Below, piece after piece: positions 56,186 through 64,000 of a stretch of DNA of 64,000 bases. The DNA is from Hyphomicrobiaceae bacterium (GTDB lineage Bacteria > Pseudomonadota > Alphaproteobacteria > Rhizobiales > Hyphomicrobiaceae): contig JBPCVZ010000098.1 in the NCBI GenBank assembly GCA_051010015.1, positions 7,587 to 71,586 of the forward strand, read 5' to 3'. The translations under genes were made by a program, and so were the position numbers. Positions within the stretch are counted from its first letter, which is position 1; every line of letters starts with the position of its first letter. A model generated the notes under the pieces. The model did not search any database. It worked only from the letters and a program-made list of their open reading frames with translations, and was not told the DNA's origin.

Positions 56186-57309
56186 ATGCGCTCGTTCTTG
56201 AACATCTTCTGGCTGGGCACCAAGGAAGTGCGCAGCCTGTCTCGCGACATTGTCATGATATCTCTGATCATCTGGGCTTTTGGCCCGGGCCTCATGATGC
56301 GTGCAGCCGGCATCAAAGAGACGGTCAACAATGCCTCCGTCGCGTTTGTCGATGAAGACCGTTCGGCGCTGTCGCGTTCACTGATGGAGACGTTAACCAA
56401 GCCCTACTTCAGGGCGCCTGAAGTCATCGATGCAAAGGAAGTCGATCAGGCTATGGACAACAGCCGCTATACGTTTGTTGTCGTTATTCCACCAAATTTC
56501 GAGCGAGACATACGTGGACGTCGGAAGCCTGAAATTCAACTGAATATCGATGCAACTGCTGTCACACTGGCAGGAACGGGCACGTCCTACATCCAGGCGA
56601 TGATTCAAAAGCGGATTGCCGACTATGCGCAACGATCGGACGCGCTCAGCACTTCGGCGGTCAATGTCGTGATGCGCCGCGCATTCAATCCAAACGGCAC
56701 ACAAGTCTGGTTCCAAGCAATCGTGGCACTGCTCGACCAAGTGTCGATATTGACGATCGCTCTGACAGGGGCGGCACTGTTGAGAGAACGTGAGCACGGC
56801 ACGATCGAGCATCTGCTTGTTATGCCATTGACCGCATTCGAAATCGCGATGGCGAAAGTCGCTGCCAACGGATTGATCATACTGGTGGCATTCGGCGTTT
56901 CGATGATCATGGTGGTGGAGTACGCCTTGGAAGTTCCCATTGCTGGTTCGCGCCCTTTGTTGTTTCTAGGTGCGGCGCTTTATCTGTTTTCCGCGGCGGC
57001 CATCGGCATGTTTCTAGGCACCATCGCCAGAACGATGGCACAGTTCGCTTTGCTTATGCTTATGACGATCATGCCGTTGCTCATGCTGTCCGGCGGCATG
57101 ACACCGATTGAAAGCCAACCGGGTTGGTTGCAGCCCATCACTTCCTTCTGCCATCCCGGCACTACATGGCATTTGCGCAGGCAGTGGTTTTTCGCGGAGC
57201 CGGCCTGGACATCGTTTGGCCTCAGCTTGTTGCCCTCGCAGGGCTGGGAGCGACCTTTTTTACCGGCAGTCTGCTTCTGTTTCGTCGGTCGATCGCAACG
57301 ATCAAATAG
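56186..57309 (+). pseudogene. YhhJ-like ABC-2 permease, interrupted by a 1-nt frameshift near 57148
   Basis: Frame 2 reads a good ABC-2 permease up to ...SGGMTPIESQPGWLQPITSF, then turns into Cys/Trp/Arg-rich text. The expected C-terminus LPSRHYMAFAQAVVFRGAGLDIVWPQLVALAGLGATFFTGSLLLFRRSIATIK is in frame 1 (track ORF 57124-57309). Confidence 0.7.
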
Positions 57310-57492
57310 AGCTTGGCAACCATGCCACGGCAATGGCAGCGGTTGCCAATGCGATATCCCGAGATCAAAAGGCGAACCGAGCTTTTCGAAGATCTCGCAG
57401 AGATGTTTTGATGCCTGTCAATGCGTGCTGGGACAAGGTTTACCGAAACTGGCCTCGGAATTTCGACGAGCCCTGAGCAGAGGAATCACAAA

Positions 57493-57834
57493 ATGAGGAT
57501 TAGCAGTTTTTTGGCGGGCGGGCTGATTGCTGTTGCCTGCAGTGTCTTGACACCGGCGCTTGCGCAGAACCTTGCGAAAGGCGAGGCGCTTGCTGAGCAG
57601 CGATGTGCGCGTTGTCACGGTATTAAGCCTGGACAGAAGAGCAAGCACGGTTTGGCGCCTACGTTTCCAAAAATTGCCAATCGGTATTCGGTGTGGGGGC
57701 TGCAAGAAGCACTGGCAGAAGGCATCGTCGTCGGTCATGCGGATATGCCTCGCTTCGTGTTCTCACCGGAAGAGATCAACGATTTACTGGCTTTCATGGA
57801 CACGTTCAGCCGAAAAAAAGGCAGTAGCCAATGA
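57493..57834 (+). CDS. Monohaem c-type cytochrome (class I), periplasmic
   Basis: Signal peptide [24 protein letters not shown], haem motif CARCHG, and distal HADMP (Met ligand candidate). RBS AGAGGAA. Stop overlaps the VIT1 start (ATGA at 57831-57834). Confidence 0.8.
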   Translation: MRISSFLAGGLIAVACSVLTPALAQNLAKGEALAEQRCARCHGIKPGQKSKHGLAPTFPKIANRYSVWGLQEALAEGIVVGHADMPRFVFSPEEINDLLAFMDTFSRKKGSSQ

Positions 57835-58559
57835 CGGACGATCGACTGGAGGCCGAGCATACGCCTGCGGCCGTGCGGCAGCGGCTCGCCACAATGCCTC
57901 GACCGTCCTATCTACGCGATTGGGTTTATGGTGGCATTGATGGGGCGGTGACGACGTTTGCCATTGTTGCCGGCGTGGTTGGCGCTGAGCTGAGTGCGCG
58001 CGTGATCTTGATATTGGGGCTCGCCAATTTGCTCGCTGACGGATTCTCGATGGCGGCCGGAAACTATAGCGCCACCAAGAGTGAGATTGATGACTATGAT
58101 CGATTGCAGGCGATAGAACGCCATCATATCGCGGCGGTTCCGCATGGAGAACGTGAAGAGGTGCGTCAACTACTCAAGAGGCAAGGCATCAGTGGGGAGG
58201 CGCTGGAACAAGCGACGGCGAGCGTGACGGCAGACCCGGATCGTTGGATTAATCTCATGATGCGGGAAGAATACGGCCTTGCAAGCGTGGTCCGCTCACC
58301 AACAAAGGCCGCAGTGGGTACGTTTGCGGCGTTCGTCTTGTGTGGTGCTGTTCCGCTATTGCCGTTTGGGCTCGGGTTGCCGCAGGGCTTCGAGATTTCG
58401 ATCGTAGTTACCGGTTGCGTATTTGCAATGATTGGCGCGCTCAAGAGCCGCTGGTCGCTGGCACCTGCATGGTGGTCTGCAATGGAGACGTTGTCGATTG
58501 GTGCGGCAGCGGCGCTGGTCGCCTATGTCGTCGGCAGCCTTCTCAAGTCGATTGTGTGA
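57831..58559 (+). CDS. VIT1/CCC1 family iron/manganese transporter
   Basis: [44 protein letters not shown], and a cytoplasmic acidic/helical insert followed by three C-terminal TM segments. Confidence 0.85.
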   Translation: MTDDRLEAEHTPAAVRQRLATMPRPSYLRDWVYGGIDGAVTTFAIVAGVVGAELSARVILILGLANLLADGFSMAAGNYSATKSEIDDYDRLQAIERHHIAAVPHGEREEVRQLLKRQGISGEALEQATASVTADPDRWINLMMREEYGLASVVRSPTKAAVGTFAAFVLCGAVPLLPFGLGLPQGFEISIVVTGCVFAMIGALKSRWSLAPAWWSAMETLSIGAAAALVAYVVGSLLKSIV

Positions 58560-58568
58560 TCTCCGGAC

Positions 58569-58916
58569 TCATTGATTGGCTGTTTTCAAGCTTAGAATGT
58601 AGGCGATGATATCGTCCAGATCATCACCTCTGATGATCAAGTTGGGCATCGTTGGGTGTGGTGATCGGAAAAACACAAAAAGTGCCGTTCGCGTGATACC
58701 GGCGGTATTGGCGATTGTCTGAAAAGGCGTTGCCGCGGTGACAGGTGATGAATTGCCGTCGCGGACAACTGAGTGACAAGAGACGCAATGGGTCTGGGCG
58801 TAGATTTTGCCTTTATCAGGGCTGCCGAGGGTGGCTGCTTGCACTGAATTGAATGCCATACAACCCAAAGCTCCAACGACCAGACGAAAAGACAGCATTG
58901 ATTTCGGAATGACCAT
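58569..58916 (-). CDS. Monohaem c-type cytochrome, paralogue of 57493-57834
   Basis: Signal peptide ...GALGCMAFNSVQA, haem motif CVSCHS, HPTMP, and C-terminal DDLDDIIAYILSL parallel to [13 protein letters not shown] in the other copy. Confidence 0.75.
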   Translation of the reverse strand: MVIPKSMLSFRLVVGALGCMAFNSVQAATLGSPDKGKIYAQTHCVSCHSVVRDGNSSPVTAATPFQTIANTAGITRTALFVFFRSPHPTMPNLIIRGDDLDDIIAYILSLKTANQ

Positions 58917-58991
58917 GACGGTTACCTCTTTGTGAGATTGCTAACGTTTTGTTGCTTGAACATGACCTCAGATTGATTGGTGATATTCGTC

Positions 58992-60248
58992 TTAGAAGAG
59001 CCCAACGATCAGGAATGTTACGCAACACAAGAATCCGATCAACGGGACCCAGATAGGCGTGATGAAAGCCTCTTTAGGTGCGGGTTCGTTGCGGCGCTTG
59101 ATGTTCCACAGCGACAGGTTGACCAGTCCAAATACGGTGAGCGTGATCAGGGAAGTTAGTTCGGCAAGGCCTTTGAGTGGAATGAGGGTCGCAAGGATAA
59201 GGACCAGCGCGCCAATAATTCCAGTGGCTACTAACGGTGTACGCGTAATGGGATGAACGTAGCCAACGATCGCCGGCAAGTTGCCTTGACTTGCAAGGCC
59301 ATACAGGACTCTCGAACCCATGATGATTTGGACAATTACACCGTTCAGCGTCGCTACGATTGCAATTGCGCTGATGGTGGCAGGGGATGCGCCGGTGGTG
59401 ACTTCGAAGACCAGACTCAAAGGGGCTTCGGCGTCTGCCAGCTGCCGTATTGGAACGCTCGAGACGGCGACAATCGAGACCAGCACGTAAAGCGTTGTTG
59501 AGATGATCAGTGTCAGAAAGATTGCGCGGGGCAGGATAGTGCCTGGGTTGCGCGTCTCCTCTGCCATGTTGACGAGGTCCTCGAAGCCAATAAATGCGAA
59601 GAATGCAAGAACCCCGCCGCTCATTACACCAAACCCAATCTGCATTAGTGTTGCGCCGTCGGGCAAAGCTGATGGGGTTGGCAGGGACGTTGATGACGTG
59701 TCGACAAATCCACCGACAACGATAACGAGCAGACCAACAATCTCGATTACCGTCATGATGGCGGCAAATGTGACGGATTCGCGAACGCCCCAAGCCGCAA
59801 CAATCGTCATCAGCGCAACCACCATTGGAATCAGAATAACCGATTCCATGTCAATGAATTGCCGGATGTAGCCGATGCTCCCAAGGCAGATTGCAGCGGC
59901 AGATACTGTGCCTGCAGAAACAACGAGGAGGCCAACGGTAACTGCCAGGGCCTGTGAATTGAAGCCAGACCGAACATAGGCGGCTTCACCTGCACTGACC
60001 GGGAGACGGCCGACGAGTTCCGCAAATGAACAAGCCGATGGTAGCATGACGAGAGCTGCCAAGGCGAAGGATAGAGGAGCATAGACGCCGGCTACGCCCG
60101 CAGTTGCACCAACGAGCACATAGATCCCGGCGCCGATCGTCACGCCGAGCCCGTAAAGGACAACGAGCGGTAGCGTTAAGGAGCGCTTGAGCTTCGACCG
60201 CTTCGCATCAGGCGATGCTGCGTTCGGTGCTATCGTAGTTGGCTGCAT
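58992..60248 (-). CDS. APC superfamily amino-acid permease
   Basis: 418-aa 12-TM-type protein. LVVLYGLGVTIGAGIYVLVG N-terminal motif and FIGFEDLVNMAEE. Confidence 0.85.
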   Translation of the reverse strand: MQPTTIAPNAASPDAKRSKLKRSLTLPLVVLYGLGVTIGAGIYVLVGATAGVAGVYAPLSFALAALVMLPSACSFAELVGRLPVSAGEAAYVRSGFNSQALAVTVGLLVVSAGTVSAAAICLGSIGYIRQFIDMESVILIPMVVALMTIVAAWGVRESVTFAAIMTVIEIVGLLVIVVGGFVDTSSTSLPTPSALPDGATLMQIGFGVMSGGVLAFFAFIGFEDLVNMAEETRNPGTILPRAIFLTLIISTTLYVLVSIVAVSSVPIRQLADAEAPLSLVFEVTTGASPATISAIAIVATLNGVIVQIIMGSRVLYGLASQGNLPAIVGYVHPITRTPLVATGIIGALVLILATLIPLKGLAELTSLITLTVFGLVNLSLWNIKRRNEPAPKEAFITPIWVPLIGFLCCVTFLIVGLF

Positions 60249-60284
60249 GTGCCTTTACTCAATCAAGAGCGGCGTGGTTGGCGT

Positions 60285-60869
60285 TCATCGGGCTTGACGG
60301 CCAAGAGCTTGCATATCGCTCAACCACTTGGATCGCTTGGCCTCACTCGCGGCATCGACCATGCCATAGATCGTTTCACGTATGGGCTTGATTCCGGCGA
60401 ACGCAAGGATGTTCCGTTCAAGTGACTTCAGGCTGTGCGCGCCAAAAAACCAGCGATAGACCCAACCGGGCATTCCCATCGTAATGACGATGCGTGCGGA
60501 GCGCCCTGCCAAGTTGCCCTTCGGCCAGCCTTTCGATTCAGGATCGAATGCAAAACCCGGCCGTAGTACCTGCTCAAAGAATCCCTTTAGGAGGGAGGGC
60601 ATCGTGCCAAGCCAGAGCGGATATACGATCAAGATGTGGTCGCACCAACGAAAGCCCTCCTGTGCCTGCCTGATGTCCGTTGGCAATTGACCGCTGTCGA
60701 ACTCTTCGGCTGTTCGCAATAGCGGAAAATCGATCTCAGAGACCTTGATCGTTCGCACCTCATGATCGCCGGCGTCGCAACCGCCCCGATAGGCGTTGGC
60801 AAGCGCATGACATAGTCGCTCTTCGCTGCGGTCTGGATGACCATCAATGATCAGGATCTTCTTTGCCAC
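60285..60869 (-). CDS. Flavodoxin-like fold NAD(P)H dehydrogenase (quinone) family protein (KefF/MdaB-like)
   Basis: KILIIDGHPD..., ...WCDHILIVYPLWLGTMPSLLKGFFEQV. GTG 60869 is preceded by AGGAGG. Confidence 0.8.
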   Translation of the reverse strand: MAKKILIIDGHPDRSEERLCHALANAYRGGCDAGDHEVRTIKVSEIDFPLLRTAEEFDSGQLPTDIRQAQEGFRWCDHILIVYPLWLGTMPSLLKGFFEQVLRPGFAFDPESKGWPKGNLAGRSARIVITMGMPGWVYRWFFGAHSLKSLERNILAFAGIKPIRETIYGMVDAASEAKRSKWLSDMQALGRQAR

Positions 60870-60971
60870 GTCGCTCCTCCTAACGTTTTGCAACACCAGT
60901 GCTCATAGCTCAGCTTGCAAGAGTGTGAATTGATCAAAGACAATTGTTTACCTTCGTTTTACGTCACGCGG

Positions 60972-62555
60972 TCAAGACGGCGATTGGCAACTCGGGTCTA
61001 TGACCGACCTGACCTTGCAAATGGTGTCTTGTATTGGCCGATCGGTGTTGATTGCTGCCCAACGCGTGACATCAACTTTCCGTTCGAGTTGCAATTTGAT
61101 TACCGAAGAATCGGCGTCCGAAGCATCGTTCTTTCGCCCTAAGACCCTTTGGGTAAGCTTGTCCTTTGGTGCTTCCAGCCAGATGCCTTGAAATGGTACG
61201 TTCTGCCTGATTGCAACCTGTTCGATTTGGCGTCGTCGCTCCGTCTCCAAGAAGACGGCGTCAACAACGACGGAGCAGCCGGCTTCAAGTGCATTCTTCG
61301 CTCGGTCACAAAGTCGCTGATAGACGTGATCGGATGATGATGGCGAGTAGGCTTCTTTGGGCAGTGGCGTCAATAGATCAACGCCTGCCATCCGCTTGCG
61401 TTCGACGTCGCTTCTCAAGTGGAACGCGCCCGGCGGCGGGCCGATCTCAGGTGAGAGGGCAGCGGAGATCGTTGTTTTGCCCGTCCCCGAAAGCCCCCCA
61501 ATTGCGATCAAGACCGGTGGCCTCGGCTCAATAAACGCGGTTGCGAGGTTAATGTAATCTTCGAGGTCCTGAAGGCTGCTGGAGCTGTTCTGTTCGGGGC
61601 TTAGGCGATACTTGTCGATTGCAACCATGGCCCGTATCGCAGCTCGTACCGACATGAACATCGGAAGGGCGGCCAGGCCTGCGAGGTCAGCGGTCGCGAT
61701 CGCCTTGCTGGCGTAAGTACAGAAACAGAGGTTCGCATGACGTTGAAGATCACGATGCCATAGGTCCATGAGCAGGAAGGCCAGGTCGTAGAGCACGTCT
61801 ATCTTTGCCAATCGGTCATCGAACTCGATTGCATCGAAGAGGGTCGGCCGGCCATCATGAAGAACGATGTTGCGAAGATGAAGATCGCCATGGCAGAGAC
61901 GAACAAGGCCTTTGTGCGACCGGGCACGGAGGAGGTCGGCGTTTTGATTGACTAGCGACGTGAGGTGATCGACGTATGCTTGGGTTCGGATCGGCGCGAT
62001 GAGGTCGTGAGCGTTCGTGAGAGACGTTGCGACCTGGGTGACGACACGAGAAAGTATGCAGCTGCCGTCAAATGAAGGGAACGTCCGAGCCTGATCATGA
62101 TAGTCGGCAATTTGTTCAGCCAAGGTGGACATCAGAGATAGCGGCAGGCAGCAGCGGGTGGCCATGTCGTCAAACAATTCCGCTTGATTGAACCGGTTCA
62201 TGACAACGAGCCAATCCACCGGTGTGCCCTCGCGACCCAAGGTAAGAGTACCGTCTCTTGCCCTCGTGACCGGGAGCACCCCGATGTAGATGTCGGGAGC
62301 TGTGGATCTGTTACGATCGACCTCATGTCGGCAAGTTCGCTCGCGCTTTTCCAGGGTCGAGAAGTCCAGATACTGGAACTTGACAGATCGCTTCAGCTTG
62401 TATGCCTGATCCCCTGCAAGAAAAACCAGAGCACCGTGCGTTTCGATACATTCGACGTTGTCGACTTCGGGTCCGTACGTCGCTGGCGAACGCAAAAATT
62501 CAATGACTTCAGCCTGACATCGCGACGTCGCAATTGGCTTGTCGGTGTTGCTCAT
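60972..62555 (-). CDS. Bifunctional APH-like protein kinase-fold domain + P-loop (AAA_33/zeta-like) kinase domain protein
   Basis: N-terminal half has the catalytic loop LCHGDLHLRNIVL and DAIEFDD. C-terminal half has Walker A IAIGGLSGTGKTT and ...VVVDAVF. Confidence 0.8.
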   Translation of the reverse strand: MSNTDKPIATSRCQAEVIEFLRSPATYGPEVDNVECIETHGALVFLAGDQAYKLKRSVKFQYLDFSTLEKRERTCRHEVDRNRSTAPDIYIGVLPVTRARDGTLTLGREGTPVDWLVVMNRFNQAELFDDMATRCCLPLSLMSTLAEQIADYHDQARTFPSFDGSCILSRVVTQVATSLTNAHDLIAPIRTQAYVDHLTSLVNQNADLLRARSHKGLVRLCHGDLHLRNIVLHDGRPTLFDAIEFDDRLAKIDVLYDLAFLLMDLWHRDLQRHANLCFCTYASKAIATADLAGLAALPMFMSVRAAIRAMVAIDKYRLSPEQNSSSSLQDLEDYINLATAFIEPRPPVLIAIGGLSGTGKTTISAALSPEIGPPPGAFHLRSDVERKRMAGVDLLTPLPKEAYSPSSSDHVYQRLCDRAKNALEAGCSVVVDAVFLETERRRQIEQVAIRQNVPFQGIWLEAPKDKLTQRVLGRKNDASDADSSVIKLQLERKVDVTRWAAINTDRPIQDTICKVRSVIDPSCQSPS

Positions 62556-62738
62556 TCTGGCAGTCAGAGCATCGCGTCATTCACTCTACCTTGACCCTGA
62601 TCAAAAAGATGGCGGATGACCACGGAGTCGCTGTGTCGCGGCGTCGGAAAATAAATTGTGCGTGCCACGATCTCTTCGGTGTGACTGACAGACGCGAGCG
62701 CAACAGGAGCATGGCTCAGGAGCTAGATTTGGTAAGCG

Positions 62739-63137
62739 TCAAGCCATTTTCAATGCTGCGGATAGACCGATCATTGCCAAGCCAAATGTTGCAATATTCC
62801 AGCTGAACGTGCGGAGCCAGGGAACACCGATTGCGTAGAGCGGCAGGAAAAAAATACGCCCGCCCAGATAGAGGATACAGCCACATTTGCTCAGTACTCC
62901 TGTTGATTGAGTTGCACCAACGAGAAAGATACATGCTACAAAAAGTGGAAACGTCTCCATGAAATTCGATTGCGCACGATGCAAACGCCCGGACAGTCCA
63001 AAGGGTTGCAGCCCTTCGTTGCGCGCGCCAACCGTATAGGCGTTGCCGACCTGTGCATTGAAAGAGAAAGCAGCAGCCGCTATATGAACCAGGGCCAGCG
63101 TTGCAGCGAGCAGTAGTGTACAATACTCAAAGGTCAT
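62739..63137 (-). CDS. MAPEG family membrane protein
   Basis: ~132 aa with 3-4 TM segments. RLHRAQSNFMETFPLFVA matches the MAPEG R-x3-N-x-E/P motif region. Start ATG 63137. Confidence 0.7.
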   Translation of the reverse strand: MTFEYCTLLLAATLALVHIAAAAFSFNAQVGNAYTVGARNEGLQPFGLSGRLHRAQSNFMETFPLFVACIFLVGATQSTGVLSKCGCILYLGGRIFFLPLYAIGVPWLRTFSWNIATFGLAMIGLSAALKMA

Positions 63138-63609
63138 AGTCGGTGCGTCTCCATTCTTGTGTGTCGCTGTATCGGCACCGGGAACAAACGAAGTGCGCGC
63201 GGTGCCCAATTATGACCAAGTTATCCGCAATGTCTGGTCCTACGTTTGGCTTTGACCTCGATTGCCGCGTCCAAGTCTGGCGTGGGTCGTCGACGAATGG
63301 AACTGATCGGTTGTAGCGTGTAGCAAGTTTCTTGATCAGGGTCGCATTCTTAAGAGTGCGCCACGAAAACCGACCGAGCGCGACGTTCGTTGATCGCGCC
63401 CGATCGGCAAGTCTACAACAGTCTGTTAGCGTCGGTTTGAACGACGGTTGATACGGCGCCGTTCAATGCGGTTGCGCGATCTGGCAATCCGACCACGGCT
63501 ATGTCGAAGCACCTTGCGTGCGCCACGGCGGTGCTTGCGAACTCTGACCGGACGACCCCAAACCGACTTGTCGCGTGCGATCGGACGTCGCTTTCCACGA
63601 TGGCGACCA

Positions 63610-63636
63610 CTGCAATTCTCAAACTTGGAATTGCAG
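63610..63636. other. 9-bp perfect hairpin CTGCAATTC-N9-GAATTGCAG
   Basis: Read directly. On the minus strand it lies ~22 nt after the frame-c TGA at 63658-63660. No clear U-tract. Confidence 0.35.
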
Positions 63637-63657
63637 AATGGTTTTGATGGTTTGATG

Positions 63658-64000
63658 TCATGTGATGTAATCGGCTTCGGTCGCTGAGTAGATCGCCGCG
63701 GCGGCGGCACCGCCCGTGCCGGTTTGCGGCGGGGCGGAACCCGTCGTGCGGATTGGCGTGATGGTAAAACCCGTCGCACACGCTTGCGCGTTGACGGCAA
63801 ACCGATGCGGACCCGGTCATCGAGGATGGCTTCGCCAACTTTCTTAGCAATCCGGGCGCCGCGCTTGACCTTGCGGATACCGGCCTTGCCGGCACGCTTG
63901 GCACTTCTGCCAACGGCTTTCACACCGTCGACCGCTTTGCCGCCGATCGCCTTGACGGCCCCCGCGGCGCTCTTGCCGACCTTCCTGGCTGCATTCGCCG
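63658..64000 (-). CDS. Lys/Ala-rich protein, partial (continues beyond the right edge); apparent frame switch near 63800
   Basis: From the edge: ANAARKVGKSAAGAVKAIGGKAVDGVKAVGRSAKRAGKAGIRKVKRGARIAKKVGEAILDD, with high GC3. Downstream, the high-GC3 frame changes to ...FAVNAQACATGFTITPIRTTGSAPPQTGTGGAAAAAIYSATEADYIT*, ending at 63658. No family recognised. Confidence 0.3.

Noticed and set aside
57130-57160. Programmed -1 ribosomal frameshift as the explanation for the permease frame change.
   Set aside because: I could identify no slippery X-XXY-YYZ heptamer and no obvious downstream stimulatory structure. A simple 1-nt deletion explains the data better. This remains unproven without reads or orthologues.
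57150-57496. C-terminal ~115 aa of the 461-aa ORF 56111-57496, considered as a genuine extended tail of the ABC-2 permease. The overlapping ORF 57108-57476 was also considered.
   Set aside because: The composition (Cys, Trp, Arg, Gln) is unlike a membrane protein. The canonical permease C-terminus is present in frame 1 (57124-57309). The true downstream gene (cytochrome c) starts at 57493 with its own RBS.
62534-62806. 90-aa plus-strand ORF in the gap between the APH/P-loop gene and the MAPEG gene, considered as a small regulator or antitoxin.
   Set aside because: It overlaps both neighbouring genes' ends and is Cys/Arg-rich at the N-terminus. It has no RBS and no recognisable fold or motif.
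63426-63800. Arg-rich ~130-aa tail (...RKRVRRVLPSRQSARRVPPRRKPARAVPPPRR...RRRINRRSNRR) considered as a real protamine-like or ribosome-associated basic protein.
   Set aside because: Third-position GC falls relative to the upstream part, while another frame shows a better coding signal and a stop followed by a hairpin. It is kept only as an open question in the findings.
1-64000. Searched by eye for CRISPR arrays, tandem repeats, IS elements, transposases, integrases, phage genes, tRNA/rRNA, toxin-antitoxin pairs and known defence-system genes.
   Set aside because: None was recognised. All large ORFs are metabolic, transport or redox genes, and intergenic regions are short (mostly under 300 bp) without repeat arrays. 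A computational repeat and ncRNA scan (for example Infernal/Rfam, tRNAscan or self dot-plot) could still reveal small elements that I cannot see manually.

Overview
The window is GC-rich (roughly 60% by eye) and densely coding. It looks like an accessory catabolic region of an Alphaproteobacteria/Hyphomicrobiales-type genome; the taxon is inferred from gene content only. I found no rRNA, tRNA, CRISPR array, transposase or integrase.

Content from left to right:
- (1) The end of a HyuA/HyuB (hydantoinase/oxoprolinase-type) pair.
- (2) A gamma-butyrobetaine/L-carnitine catabolic module: CdhR-like regulator, BKACE cleavage enzyme, L-carnitine dehydrogenase fused to a thioesterase, and gamma-butyrobetaine dioxygenase.
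- (3) A patchwork of amine/amino-acid oxidoreductases: Rieske oxygenase, glyoxalase, two LLM monooxygenases, GGT, two aminotransferases and a GMC oxidoreductase.
- (4) The most unusual locus, at 17.0-28.3 kb. It is a split biotin-dependent carboxylase made of a biotin carboxylase, a divergently transcribed free-standing BCCP, and two different OadA/PycB-type carboxyltransferase paralogues. One paralogue has lost the metal-bridging lysine. A LarA/DUF2088-like gene is embedded in the locus and a DctMQ/DctP TRAP transporter sits next to it.
- (5) An LLM gene, a GYD protein, a second HyuB/HyuA pair, a DUF1445 (D-glutamate-cyclase-like) gene and a TAXI-TRAP transporter.
- (6) A minus-strand beta-oxidation-like operon (crotonase, acyl-CoA ligase, two ACADs, thiolase) ending in a secreted cysteine-rich HET-C-like protein. 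Choline sulfatase and an amidase lie upstream.
- (7) pdxH, a PuuB-like FAD oxidase, and a YhiI-RbbA-YhhJ-type ABC efflux locus whose last gene is frameshifted.
- (8) A cytochrome c / VIT1 / cytochrome c trio, an APC permease, a flavodoxin-like quinone reductase, an APH-kinase/P-loop fusion protein and a MAPEG protein.
- (9) A K/A-rich ORF entering from the right edge, with an apparent frame switch.

All family calls rest on motif recognition and by-eye alignment of the supplied translations. No database search was run. Start codons were trimmed using RBS and neighbour logic and are less certain than stops.
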